Source of the DNA: Elusimicrobiota bacterium
GTDB taxonomy: Bacteria; Elusimicrobiota; Elusimicrobia; UBA1565
Assembly: GCA_041661185.1 (NCBI GenBank)
Contig: JBAZUV010000004.1
Span: 9,987 to 73,986, forward strand
Length of the DNA: 64,000 bases
Direction: 5' to 3'
In this document: positions 1 to 10,400 of the stretch, piece by piece
Numbering within the stretch: the stretch's first letter is position 1
Layout of the letters: each line of letters starts with the position of its first letter
Notes under the pieces: model-generated
What the model saw: the letters and a program-made list of their open reading frames with translations, nothing else
Database searches by the model: none
Told to the model about the DNA's origin: nothing
Made by a program: the position numbers and the translations under genes

Positions 1-256
1 GCAACGGAATAATATGACCAACTGGGAGGCCCGGCTTTGAGGCGAATTCGAGGCGCGAGGAAAGAGCATAGCTTGAGCTATGTGAGTGACGAGCAACGAA
101 GAAGGCGGCCAAAGAGGGGCCTCCCCAAAGGGCCAGGGCGCTATTGGGCTGTGACTTCGTCTCTCGTCGCTCACATACCTCCAGGTATGCTCGCTCCTCG
201 ATCCTTGTCTCGCTCCAACATCGCCCTGGCCAGTGGGTCATATTATTCCGTTGCGA
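1..256. repeat. Segment bounded by a 25-bp inverted repeat (19 perfect + 1 mismatch + 5) enclosing ~204 bp; the repeat touches the window edge
   Basis: Positions 1-19 (gcaacggaataatatgacc) are the exact reverse complement of 236-254, and pairing extends over 21-25/230-234. The AT-rich arms sit in GC-rich DNA, and internal complementary segments (tatgtgagtgacgag / ctcgtcgctcacata) are present. Confidence 0.4.
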
Positions 257-260
257 CCCC

Positions 261-641
261 TTAGCGTCCGCCCACGCGCAGGATCGCTTCCGCCTTGAGC
301 AGGAGCAATTCCAGGTCCACCGGCTTGGTCAGGTAGTCGTCGGCGCCGACCTCCAAGCCGAGGGCTTTATCCTCGGGCGACATGCGCGCGCCCGAGAGCA
401 TGATCACCGGCACCTGGCGGGCCAGTTCGTCGGACTTGATGGTCCGGCAGACGTTCCAACCCGTGGTATTCGGAAAGTTCACGTCCAGCAGGATCAGGTC
501 CGGATGCACCGAGCGAGCCTTCCCCACCGCTTCCTCGGGCTCCGCCGTGGAATCGAACTCCCAGCCCTTGAGCTCCACGTAGCGCCCGACGGCTCGCGAG
601 AGCTCTACGTCGTCGTCGATCATCAGTATCGTCTTACGCAT
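261..641 (-). CDS. Single-domain response regulator (CheY-like receiver)
   Basis: 126 aa with MRKTILMIDDD acidic pocket, LILLDVNFP phospho-Asp, MLSGA and DDYLTKP motifs. Confidence 0.85.
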   Translation of the reverse strand: MRKTILMIDDDVELSRAVGRYVELKGWEFDSTAEPEEAVGKARSVHPDLILLDVNFPNTTGWNVCRTIKSDELARQVPVIMLSGARMSPEDKALGLEVGADDYLTKPVDLELLLLKAEAILRVGGR

Positions 642-772
642 TTTCGTTTTCCCCCGGTCTTATATAACCGTCTATGCTTAGGATAAAGCCCGGGAGTTTC
701 AACCCGGTTTCAAACGGGTTTCAAACGCGTATATATAGGAAGCGACAAAGGTCACACGATGAACGACTGATC

Positions 773-950
773 CGTCATTCCGGCGGAAACCGTAATCCAG
801 GAACTATCGTCGGCTGGACCCCGGCCTCCGCCGGGGTGACAAAAAAACGTCATCCCAGCGGAAGCTGGGATCCAGGTTCCTGGGTCCCGGGTCAAGCCCG
901 GGATGACGACGGGGTTTCGTCTTTCCGGCGGAGGCCGGAACCCAGGGACT
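773..950. repeat. Cluster of ~28-bp GC-rich hairpin units in alternating orientation (REP/BIME-like), cluster 1
   Basis: Units match GTCATYCCGGCGRAAGCCGGGAYCCAGG and its reverse complement five times. Each unit folds into an ~8-bp stem with a GNRA or GAA loop. Confidence 0.6.
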
Positions 951-973
951 GCCGTCGACGGATAGGTAAGAGG

Positions 974-1660
974 TCAGGGACTGTGGAAGCGGAAGCCGAA
1001 GCCGGGAAGAGTCTCTATGCAGGAGCCCATCTTGCCCAGCTTGCGGCGAAGGCGGCAAAGGGTGAGGTCCACGACCTTCGGACGCACGGCCGAGCCCGCG
1101 CCCCACACGATCTCGAGGAGATAGTTTCTTTTAAGCACGCGCCCGGGCCTGCGCAGAAAGGTCTCCAGCAGCGCGAATTCCTTGGGCGTAAGCCTGAGCG
1201 GCTTTCCATCGACGGAGACAAGCCCTTGTTCGCTGTCCAAACTCATATGTTCGCAGCAGACTACCGCCTCCGGCTTGGGAGCGTAGTTCTCATAGCGCCT
1301 CAGGAGTCCGCGCACGCGCCAAAGCAGCTCCATGGCATGGAAAGGCTTGGCCAGGAAATCATCCGCCCCGCAGCGCAGGCAGGCAACCGCGTCCTCTCCG
1401 GTCGCGGCCGCCGAGACGAAGAGCACCGGGACCCTCTGCGTCCTGGGGTCGGCCTTGAATATCCGGCAGGCCTCCAGCCCGTTCATGCCCGGCAGGCGCA
1501 GTTCCAGCAGGACGCAGGCGGGCGGCCTGAGGAAAGAGCACTCCAGCGCCTTCTCGCCGGAAGACTCGAAATTGAGCACGAACTCATCGCCCGGCAAAGC
1601 CTCGCGGTAGAGCTTTCGGTGGGCTTCTTCGGGTTCAACTATCAGCAGGGGATTTTTCAT
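974..1660 (-). CDS. OmpR-family response regulator with atypical receiver (phospho-acceptor Asp replaced by Glu)
   Basis: 228 aa with a receiver fold (LFVSAA, AKPF) and a C-terminal winged-helix (LTPKEFALLETFLRRPGRVLKRNYLLEIVWG). The acidic pocket reads IVEPEE and the phospho-site reads LLELRLPGMNG. The start overlaps the upstream histidine kinase by 26 nt. Confidence 0.85.
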   Translation of the reverse strand: MKNPLLIVEPEEAHRKLYREALPGDEFVLNFESSGEKALECSFLRPPACVLLELRLPGMNGLEACRIFKADPRTQRVPVLFVSAAATGEDAVACLRCGADDFLAKPFHAMELLWRVRGLLRRYENYAPKPEAVVCCEHMSLDSEQGLVSVDGKPLRLTPKEFALLETFLRRPGRVLKRNYLLEIVWGAGSAVRPKVVDLTLCRLRRKLGKMGSCIETLPGFGFRFHSP

Positions 1661-3071
1661 GTTCTAACGGCAGCTCGATGAGAATAGTGGTCCCCCGGCT
1701 GACCTCGCTGCGCGCCTCGATGCTGCCTTCATGCGCGGCAACGATCTCCCGACAGATGGACAGACCCAGCCCTGTCCCGCTCCCAGCCACGCGCGAGCCG
1801 TCCGCATCGCGCACTTCCATGAACCGCGTAAAAAGATGCTTGAGATCCGCCGCGGGGATGCCCCGCCCGGTATCCGACACCGAGACTTCCACGCCGCGAC
1901 CCTTCGCCCGCGCCTTGAGCGTGATGGTCCCGCCCCTGGGAGTGAACTTGACGGCATTGGAAAGGAGATTGACGAAGACGCGCGTCATCATCGCGGGATC
2001 CCACTGCGCCTTCGGAAGCGAAGGGTCCACGGCATTCTCGATCTTGAGCCCCTTGTCCTGGGCCGCGGGCTTGAGCAGGCGCACGGCCTCATCGATGAGC
2101 GGATGGATGGAGATCTCCGCGCGCTGGATATGGATCTCGCCGCCTTCGCGCAGGCGCGCGCGGTCGAGGATGTCCTCGGCCATGAGCGCCATTCGCCGCG
2201 CGCTCACGAGGATGCGGTCGATGGAGTCCTGGCTCTCGGGCTTGAGCTTATCGCCCTCCTGCGCGCGCAGGAGCTGGGCATGCGCATGAATGGCGGCCAG
2301 GGGCGCCTTGAGATCATGCGTGAGGCCCGCGGTCATATGCTCGCGCGCCTCCTGCAGGAGCTGAAGACGCTCGACCATGAGGTTGAATACCCTCCCAAGC
2401 GAGCCCAGCTCATCCTTGCCGTCGGCCTTCGTCCGCACCGAAAGATCCCCCTCCCCGATGCGCAGCGCCGTCTGAGAAAGATCGTGGATGGATCGGTTGA
2501 GGCGCCAAGCCAGAAGGAACGCCCCCCCCAGCGCCAGGATGGAGACCGGCACCGCGGCCAAGGCTTGGCGCGCGATCGTGGCCTTCATGGCATCCAGAAG
2601 CTCCCGGTCGAGCGCCCCCTCGGAATAGCCGACGATGGCGAAGCCGAAGAGGACGCCGTCGACGTTCACGGGCCGCGCCCACTCCAGCATCCGCTCGCCG
2701 TTCTCCGCGCGGAGCAGCCCTTTGGAGTCCGCCAGGCGCTCCGATCCGATGAAGGAGCCGACCATGGAGCGGTCTCCGCGGAAAAGAGCGCTGTGCAGGC
2801 GCACGCGGCCGTCTTTCTCAACGAAGAGGCTGTAGCGGACCTTGGGATCCTCGGACAAGGCGCGCATGTAGTTGACGACGGGGATCTCATAGCGCCCGAC
2901 CACGGAATCCCGGCAAACCTCGGCGAAGCGCTCGACCGCGACGCCGGACTCCTGATTTCTCCGAACGAGGTTCTGCCGCCGCTGGACCACGAGCACGACG
3001 ACCATGGAGGTCAGCAGCGCGGCCTCGGTCAGGAGCAGGGCTCCAAAAGTGAACTTGGTGCGCAGAGTCAT
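1635..3071 (-). CDS. Sensor histidine kinase (TM-HAMP-HisKA-HATPase_c)
   Basis: H-box HDLKAPL and the N/G1/G2 boxes (DTGRGIP, GTGLGLSI) are present. The ORF runs to 3452, but the likely start is the ATG at 3071 (MTLRTKFTFGALLL..., which is TM1); upstream of that it would overlap the MBL gene. Confidence 0.8.
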   Translation of the reverse strand: MTLRTKFTFGALLLTEAALLTSMVVVLVVQRRQNLVRRNQESGVAVERFAEVCRDSVVGRYEIPVVNYMRALSEDPKVRYSLFVEKDGRVRLHSALFRGDRSMVGSFIGSERLADSKGLLRAENGERMLEWARPVNVDGVLFGFAIVGYSEGALDRELLDAMKATIARQALAAVPVSILALGGAFLLAWRLNRSIHDLSQTALRIGEGDLSVRTKADGKDELGSLGRVFNLMVERLQLLQEAREHMTAGLTHDLKAPLAAIHAHAQLLRAQEGDKLKPESQDSIDRILVSARRMALMAEDILDRARLREGGEIHIQRAEISIHPLIDEAVRLLKPAAQDKGLKIENAVDPSLPKAQWDPAMMTRVFVNLLSNAVKFTPRGGTITLKARAKGRGVEVSVSDTGRGIPAADLKHLFTRFMEVRDADGSRVAGSGTGLGLSICREIVAAHEGSIEARSEVSRGTTILIELPLEHEKSPADS

Positions 3072-3111
3072 GGGAGCGTGAAGGATTTTCTCCGGAGCGC
3101 GAGCCCGATCT

Positions 3112-3975
3112 TCACAGGCGGATCTCCTGTCCCTCGCGCGCGGCGAAGCACTCGAAATCTCCGCCGAGAGAGCGCACATGGTCCTGCGCGCGTCCGACGA
3201 CCGCGTCGATCTCCTCGTCGGACCGGTCCGGATCGAGGTGGAAGAGCGCCAGGCGCCGGACCTTTGCGGCCGCGGCAAGCTCCACGGTATCGCGCCAGCG
3301 GCTGTGGCCCCAGCCGCGCTTGCTCCGATAGTCGTCGTCGTCATACTGGGCATCGCAGATGAGCAGGTCCGCTCCGGAGCAGAACTCCGCGACCTTGCGG
3401 TCCTGCCCGGAGAAGAAATCCCTGCCGTCGCCCAGGGCGCGGTGGCACTCATGGTCGGTCAGATAGACCACGCAGACGCCGGGGAAATCGAACCGATAGG
3501 CCATGTCCACGCCGGGATGATTGGTGAAGAAGGTCTTCACGGGCACGCCGCCGGCCTCGAAGTCGCCGGCGATCTTGCGGAAATCGATCTTCGCGGCCAT
3601 GTCCACGAATTCCACCGGGAAATAGTTCTTCCCCATCTGCCGCTGGAAGACTTCTTCAAAGTCGGTCCCCGCGCTCTGCGCGCTATGGATGCGGATCTTG
3701 TTGGCGGGCAGATAGGCGGGCACGAAGAAGGGCCAGCCCTGCAGATGGTCCCAATGCGTGTGCGTGATGAAAAGGTCCATATCCAGGGGCTTCTTCCCAA
3801 ACTCCCGGGACAGGCTGCGGCCGAGCTCCCGGATGCCGGTGCCGCTGTCGCAGATGAAAAGGCCTCCGGGATGCCGGATCTCCACGCAGGGCGTGTTCCC
3901 GCCGTAGCGCACGGTATGGGGACCTGGGACCGGAACGGAGCCGCGCACTCCCCAGAAGCGGACCTGGATGCTCAT
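3112..3975 (-). CDS. MBL-fold metallo-hydrolase
   Basis: 287 aa with the HxHxDH motif (FITHTHWDHLQGW) and downstream His/Asp ligands. There is a 4-nt ATGA overlap with the upstream response regulator. Confidence 0.8.
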   Translation of the reverse strand: MSIQVRFWGVRGSVPVPGPHTVRYGGNTPCVEIRHPGGLFICDSGTGIRELGRSLSREFGKKPLDMDLFITHTHWDHLQGWPFFVPAYLPANKIRIHSAQSAGTDFEEVFQRQMGKNYFPVEFVDMAAKIDFRKIAGDFEAGGVPVKTFFTNHPGVDMAYRFDFPGVCVVYLTDHECHRALGDGRDFFSGQDRKVAEFCSGADLLICDAQYDDDDYRSKRGWGHSRWRDTVELAAAAKVRRLALFHLDPDRSDEEIDAVVGRAQDHVRSLGGDFECFAAREGQEIRL

Positions 3976-4349
3976 GGTTCCAACAATTTCTTGACGGCCA
4001 GGAACAGCTCGTCGGCCGTGTAGGGTTTGGTGAGATAACCGTCCGCTCCGGCCTGGAGCGCGGCCTTGCGGTCCACGGGATAGGACTTCGCCGAGGAGAT
4101 CAGGATCTTCACGCCCTTGAATTGCTCGTCGGCGCGCAGGACCTGGCAGACCTCGAAGCCGTGCATCCCCGGCATCATGAGGTCCAGAACGATGAGATCG
4201 GGCCGGTGCGCGCGCGCCTGCGCCACGCCTTTGATCCCGTCATAGGCCGTGAAAACCTCGTAGCCGCCCGCGCGCAGGCATTCCGAGAGGAAATCAACGA
4301 TTTCCATATCATCGTCAACGACGAGGATGGTTTTCATGAAAAAAGTCAA
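3972..4349 (-). CDS. Single-domain response regulator (CheY-like receiver)
   Basis: MKTILVVDDD, LIVLDLMMPGMHG, ISSAK, DGYLTKP motifs; the start may be the MKTIL codon at 4337. Confidence 0.85.
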   Translation of the reverse strand: MTFFMKTILVVDDDMEIVDFLSECLRAGGYEVFTAYDGIKGVAQARAHRPDLIVLDLMMPGMHGFEVCQVLRADEQFKGVKILISSAKSYPVDRKAALQAGADGYLTKPYTADELFLAVKKLLEP

Positions 4350-4403
4350 TTCCAGGACGAATGGCCCAGATATGACCGCTTTATTATGGCAAAAATAGCG
4401 CGC

Positions 4404-4450
4404 TAGGAGCGTGTCACCCGATCACGAAAAGGAATTACTCGGACACGATC
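4404..4450. repeat. 46-bp hairpin element (copy 1) abutting the stop codon of the 2405-aa gene; candidate terminator
   Basis: ggagcgtgtcacccgatcacgaaaaggaattactcggacacgatcc has ~10-bp arms (ggagcgtgtc/gacacgatcc). A T-run follows on the transcribed strand (rc ...ctatttttgcc). It is ~85% identical to the copy at 11849-11894. Confidence 0.45.
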
Positions 4451-7400
4451 CTAGTGCATGGAGTGCAGTCGCTCGATGCGCTGGATCGTGTCGGGATGCG
4501 TGACGAAAAGGCGGAAGAAGATATCGTCTCCCGGCCCTACGACCCAGCGGCTGAGCCGGTCGAACTCCAGCTTCCAGCCCGCTCCCCTGAGCTGTTCAAA
4601 GGGATCGACCGTCATCCATGGAGAGCGCGCCGCGATCAACGGCAGTTCCTCGGCTCGGAGTTCGAAATTCTGCGGCTGCCAAGCCGTCAGAAGCCCCAGG
4701 CCCAGCGCGAGCGCGTCAGGATCCCGGGTCAAAAGAGCGCCGTCCTCATCCGCGCCTCCCTCCCGGATGCGCGAGGAACCCATCTGAAGAAGCTGGGCCA
4801 TGATCGGCGCCCAGAGCGCCGCGAACACCTTGAGCACGCCGAAGGCCGCGGCCGCGGAGACCGGCTCCACGGATTCAGGCTTCACTCCCGCCGAAATCTT
4901 GGGATGCTTCACGGCGGAGCTCCGATGCGCCTTGTTTCCGGTCAGGCGCGCCCAGCCCGACTCAATGCTGCCCAAGATCCACAGCACCCAGGAGGCGCTT
5001 AAAGCGACGGCGGCCGTCAGGCTCTCGGAAACGGCGCCGATCACCATATCGCGGTTCATGACATGGCTGAGTTCATGGCCGAGTATCCCGCGCAGGACCC
5101 TCACGCCCAAAGCCTTCAGCTCGGAAGGGGCAGCCTCTGCCACGGCCGCGCGCAGCGCAGCGCTCCCGGTTTGCCGCGAGACTCCGCGGATAGAATCGCT
5201 GATGGCGGAGCGGAACGCGTCGAAGGGGATTCCGGAAGGGTCGGACTGGTCGATCAAGCGCAGGAGGCCGTTCCTCAATCCCTCCGGGTCCAGGAGCATG
5301 CGCTCGATCTCCGGGGTGACGCCCACGACCGCCTTGCTCGGGCTCAGCCCCGCGGCGAAAGCATTAGGCACGTCCATGGGCGCTTCGATGATCTCCGGCA
5401 TGGGAATCGGCTTGCGGCCCTTGGCCTCCAGGCCCTTGTTGATGATGCCTCGAAGCTCCCGCACGACCTGGAACACCTCGGGAGCGTCTTCCTCCGAGAG
5501 GGGACCGGCCTTCATCATCTTCATGATCAGCTTCGGACTGAAATAGACCTGCAGGCCGATGAGCGCGGAAGCCGCGCCCAGATGCGCCAGAAAAGCGGTC
5601 CAGCCGAACACGGTCGCGCTGAGAAGAGCCCCGAAAGCGCCGAGCCCTCCCAATGCCAGAACGGTCTTGAACCAGTAATGATGCTCCGTACGAACCGTCG
5701 GGGCATGCTGGACCGGCTGCTTTGCAGGCTCGGGCCGCGTGGAAGGCGCTGGATTGCCCGCAGGCAGGAGCCGGCCAAGGAGACGCTCCATCCAGACGGC
5801 GGAACGATGAGGAAGGAGCGTCAGCACCGCGAACGTGACCGGCGCGGCGAAACCGGTCGCCGCCGACCAGAGCGCCGCGACCGTGAAGAGCGCGTCGAAG
5901 ACCCGGGTGCGGCCGAAAAGAACCCAGGCGATCACCATGGGAATGATCCCTGCCGGGGAGTAGCCCGTGGCCAGGGCGAAGATCGCTCCAAAAAGCGCCC
6001 AGGAATACTCCGGAAAGCGCATCCCCGGCATCTGGAAAGGCTTCCCGCTCTCAGCGGAGCGGATGACGGCTCCCAGGAAGAACGCGAGCGTGGCCATGGC
6101 CGGGACAGCGGTCAAAGCCGCCAAGCCCGCCGGCGTCAACGACCCGGCCGCTGAAACGCCCATGAGCATCCGAGGAAGCTTGCCGGCCAGCCAGGCAGCG
6201 GCGCTGCCGAGAATGCCCGGCGCTCCTTGGCCGATAAAGGCCTGTCCTGCGGCAGTCGCGGGACCTCCGGCTGTTATCGCCAAAGAAGAAAGCGTCGTGC
6301 CCATAAGCGCGGGCGCGAGAGCCAGAAGCGCGCCGAGGTACGCGCCGATCAGGACATCGAGCGCGAGCTTGACTCCCCCCAAGCGCGGGCTGTCCCTCAG
6401 AAAAAGACGCCAGCGCGCGTAAAGCGCCATGGGCAGGACGAAGACTCCCGGGCTTAAGGCCCAGAACGCGGCCGCGGGAACGATGCCGAAAATAGAAGGA
6501 AGGAACATCACTGCCGCGCCGTGCAGGAGATAGGCCGCCGCGGCCGCGGCCAGGGCCCGCGCCAATGAGAGACGGGCTTCAGCTCCGGGGCTGAGCCTGG
6601 CCGTGGAAACAACAGGCTCCGCCTTGGCCGCGGGCCCGACATGTCCGCCGTGATAAGCCTGGAACTGGAAAGCCTCGGAACGGCCGGGAACCGCTTGGGA
6701 AACAGGCGCAAGCGCATCGCGCAGGTCCGCGTCATCCAAGAGCGCGGAACGATCCGGGAGCAGGCCTTGCAAGAAGCGAGTCGTGGACTCGGGGCCTGAA
6801 TCGGCCAGCAGATGGACATTGGACAACCGCGGGTCCGCGGACTCGCCTACGGCCAGAGCCGTTGCCCGCGGCAGAGCCCGGGCCATAGCGGCATCCTGGC
6901 CCCGGGGACCGAAATCATCGCCGAAGATCAGGATGTCTTTCCGGGAGATGAGCTTCTGCTTCTGCGCCAGCCAAAAGATTTCGCGCGCCCCTCCCCCTTT
7001 GTCGGCGCGCGCCACCCAGATCTCAGGCGCGCCGCGTCCCTGCGCAGGATAGCTGAGCACCACGCGATAATCCAGGGGATAGCCCGCCGCCAGGAACGCG
7101 GGAGAGAACGCCTCATAGAGCCGCAGGACCTTCTGGTCGTCGTACCAGTCTTCGTCGGTCATCTTCAAGGCGCGGGCATGCTCCTTGAGCAACGCCTCGA
7201 TGCGCAGAGCCTCCGGGCCCTTGTCCGCGGGCCTTGAAAGGACCGGCCCTCGCGGCCGCTCGCCGCCGGCCCCGTACTGATAGAGCTCCGCCCCTCCGTC
7301 CGTGGACAAGATCATGCCGGCCCGGACGTCCGGCGGCAAGCGGTCCATGAGCAGGCTCGAAAGCCCCCAGCCCCCGCCCGTGAGCGGACGATTGCTGGCG

Positions 7401-10400
7401 AATGCTATACGAACCCCCGCGGCCTTGAGCCGCCGCAGGAGTTCGACGCGCTCGTCGGATACCGGCGAGCCGATGCCGTCGGGATTATCCATGAAGGTCT
7501 TGTCGTAGTCGAGGATCACCAAGGCCGGCGGATGAGCGCGGAAGCTCTTGATGAGCGCTCCCTGGTCCGCCTGAGGAAGGCGGGGAGAAGAGACCGCCAA
7601 GCCCAGCCCCGCGAGCAGGGCGGCCAAGCCCTTCTTGGCGCGATAAGCCCAGGAGATGGACGTAGGCGCCTCTCCGGTGCGCTCGTGCATGGAGTTCCAA
7701 ATGAAGAATGCCGCGACGGAGAGCCACACGAGCACGCCCACGGCGACGGCAGCCGCCGTCGGCAGGAAAGCTGCCGAAAGCGTCAAGGGCAGGGCCGCGG
7801 CCCATGCCCCGAGCTTCACGGCCCCCGAAGCCTTGCGCGCCAGGAACTTCCCTTCCGCGAAGTCCACCTCCACGCTGTCGCCTTCCTGGATGCGGCCTTC
7901 AAGCTCCGCGTCCACGAACGCGTCGTAGACCTGGCGCTCGATCATCTGCTTAAGAGGCCTCGCGCCGTAGATGCGGTTCGCGTCGCTGGAAGCCTCGTCG
8001 ATGATGCGCTTGCGCGCGGCCTCGGTGAGGGAGGCCGTCATCCTCTTGAGCCCGAGGATCTTGGAGAAGTCGGCCAAACGCAGGTCGAGGATCTTCTCGT
8101 AGCCGGCCCGGTCCAGATCCGAGAAGACCAGGACGTTGTCCGCGCCGATGCGGTTGAAGAACTCGGGGGGCACGGCCTTCTTGAACGCATCCAGATAGCG
8201 CTGATGCCGCAGTTCGCCGACGGGCGGCGTGGACATGGGACCCGGCTGAGAGATGCTTCCTCCGAGGTTCGAGGTCATCAGGATGATGGTGTTGGAGAAA
8301 TCCACCACATGCCCCTGCCCGTCGGTCATGCGGCCGTCCTCGAGCACCTGGAGGAATATCTTGAGCACGTCGGGATGCGCCTTCTCCACCTCGTCGAGCA
8401 GGATGACCTGATAAGGGTTGCGGCGCACGGGCTCGGTGAGCTGGCCTCCGTCCTCGTAGCCCACGTAGCCGGGCGGAGCGCTGATGAGCCGGCTGACGTT
8501 CTGCTTCTCCATGTACTCGGACATGTCCAGCCGGGTCATGCTGGCCTCGGACTGGAAAAGGAAGCGCGCCAGGGAGCGCGCCAACTCGGTCTTGCCGACG
8601 CCCGTGGGGCCGAGGAAGGCGAAGACGCCGATGGGCTGCTTGGGATCCTTATAGCCCATGCGCGCGCGCCGCACGGCGCGCACCACGGATTCCACGGCCG
8701 CATCCTGGCCGATCACCGCTTTCTTGAGATCCTCGTCCAAGCGCCCCAGCATGGCCTTATCATCCTTCGAGAGCTCTTGGACCGGGATGCCGGTGCGCAG
8801 GAACACCTCGAAAGCCGCGTCCGCGGGCAGGACCTCCTTCTTGCGGCTCTCCTTGCCTGAACGGCCGGATTCCTCGACCTGGAGCTGGACCTCGCCGGCC
8901 GCGTCGTCCATGAGATCGAGCGCGGAGTCCGGAAGGCTCCGGTCCTTGAGATAGCGCGCAGCCAGACGCACGATCTCCCGGACGGTCTCCGCGGGGATGG
9001 AGACTCCGTGCTTGTCCTCATAGCGGAACTTGACGCCGGAGAGGATGTCGACGGCCTCCTGCTCGCTGGGAGCATCGAGCCGCACCTCTTGGAAGCGGCG
9101 GGCCAAGGCGCCGTCCGCCTCGATCTTGCGGTATTCCGAAAGCGTGGTGGCGCCGATAACCGAAACCTCGCCGACGAGCGCTTCCTTGAGCATGCTCGCC
9201 GCGTCGGTCGAGCCCTCGCTGTTCCCAAGCCCAAGAATGGTATGGAGTTCGTCGATGAAGAGGATGACGCGGCCGTGGGAGTTCTTGGCCTCCCGGAGCA
9301 CGTCCTTCATTCTCTGCTCGAACTGCCCGCGCAGAGTGGTCCCGGCCAGCATCGCGCCCAGATCGAGCTTGACGATGGACTTGCCGTAGAGCGAAGGGAT
9401 CTCCCCGGCCGCGATGCGCTGCGCCAAACCCTCCACGATCTTGGTCTTGCCCACGCCCTTCTCTCCCGTGACCACGGGATTGTTCTTCTCCACCCGGCCC
9501 AGGACCTTGACCATCTGCCGGATCTCCTGGTCGCGGCCGATGAGCGGGTTCAAGCGTCCCGCAGCGGCTAAAGCCGTGAGGTCCACTCCGAATTTGTTCA
9601 GGTTCGGGAACTCCGAGAGCCCGAGCTTGGGATAGCCCTTATCCGTTCCGGCCGGGACGATCGGCGGAGCCTTCTTCTCAGGAATCGGCGCGAAGCTGCC
9701 TTCCTCTCCCACGATGAGGTCGTCATCATCGACAAACGCAGACGGATCCTCGGGCTGCAGAAACGCTTCATCGGCATGGCCCAATTCCGAGATCGCGAAC
9801 TCCCGCAGATGCTCGAAACTCCTGCGCGCCTCCAGCGACCCGGCTCCCTGCCCGGGCTTCGCCGCATCCAAGAGCTGGACCATCGACGTCAAAACATCCT
9901 TTGAAGGCGGCTGAGGCGCCGCCCCGACGGAATAAGAAGCCCCGTTCAGGTATTCCCTCAGCCTCGACATCTGGTCCCGGGTCTGGACCACGCCCGTCTC
10001 TCCCAGAGGGCGCCCGGCCAATCCCTTTTCAAAGAAGCTCAGCAGGTCGGAGATCACCCACAGCGCCGCGTTCCCGCGCAATGCCGAGGCCTGCCCCTCA
10101 TTGGGATGCGCCCGCCCGAAGAGCCCCCGGTAGCGCTCCAGCATGCCCACGGCCTGTTCGGCGCGGTAGAAGGCCTGCAGATGAGCGTTCTTGCCGTTCT
10201 CGTTGAGAAGGATCGCGACATGGATCAGCAGGGAGTTGGCTGTTTCATCGTCAAAATGCAAGTTCACGGCGCCGGGCACGCGGAGATTGCCGAGCGATTG
10301 AATCTCCACGATCATCTTCGCGCCGTTATGCAGACGGACCCGCCTTCCCGTTTTATGGGATCCCGCCTCACCCGCCGCATGCTCCTGGAGCAGAACCATC

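Noticed and set aside
37-686. ORFs 37-264(+) and 144-686(+) at the window start
   Set aside because: The first lies inside the inverted-repeat element. The second is antisense to the receiver gene at 261-641, which has canonical CheY motifs.
1731-3362. Long plus-strand ORFs antisense to well-supported genes (e.g. 1731-3362, 7532-8860, 11809-13275, 17274-20957, 24758-25957, 26011-27891, 36676-38565, 38279-40906)
   Set aside because: They are Arg/Ala/Gly/Pro-rich translations typical of the antisense strand of high-GC genes, they carry no domain signatures, and each lies wholly within a minus-strand gene that has clear catalytic motifs.
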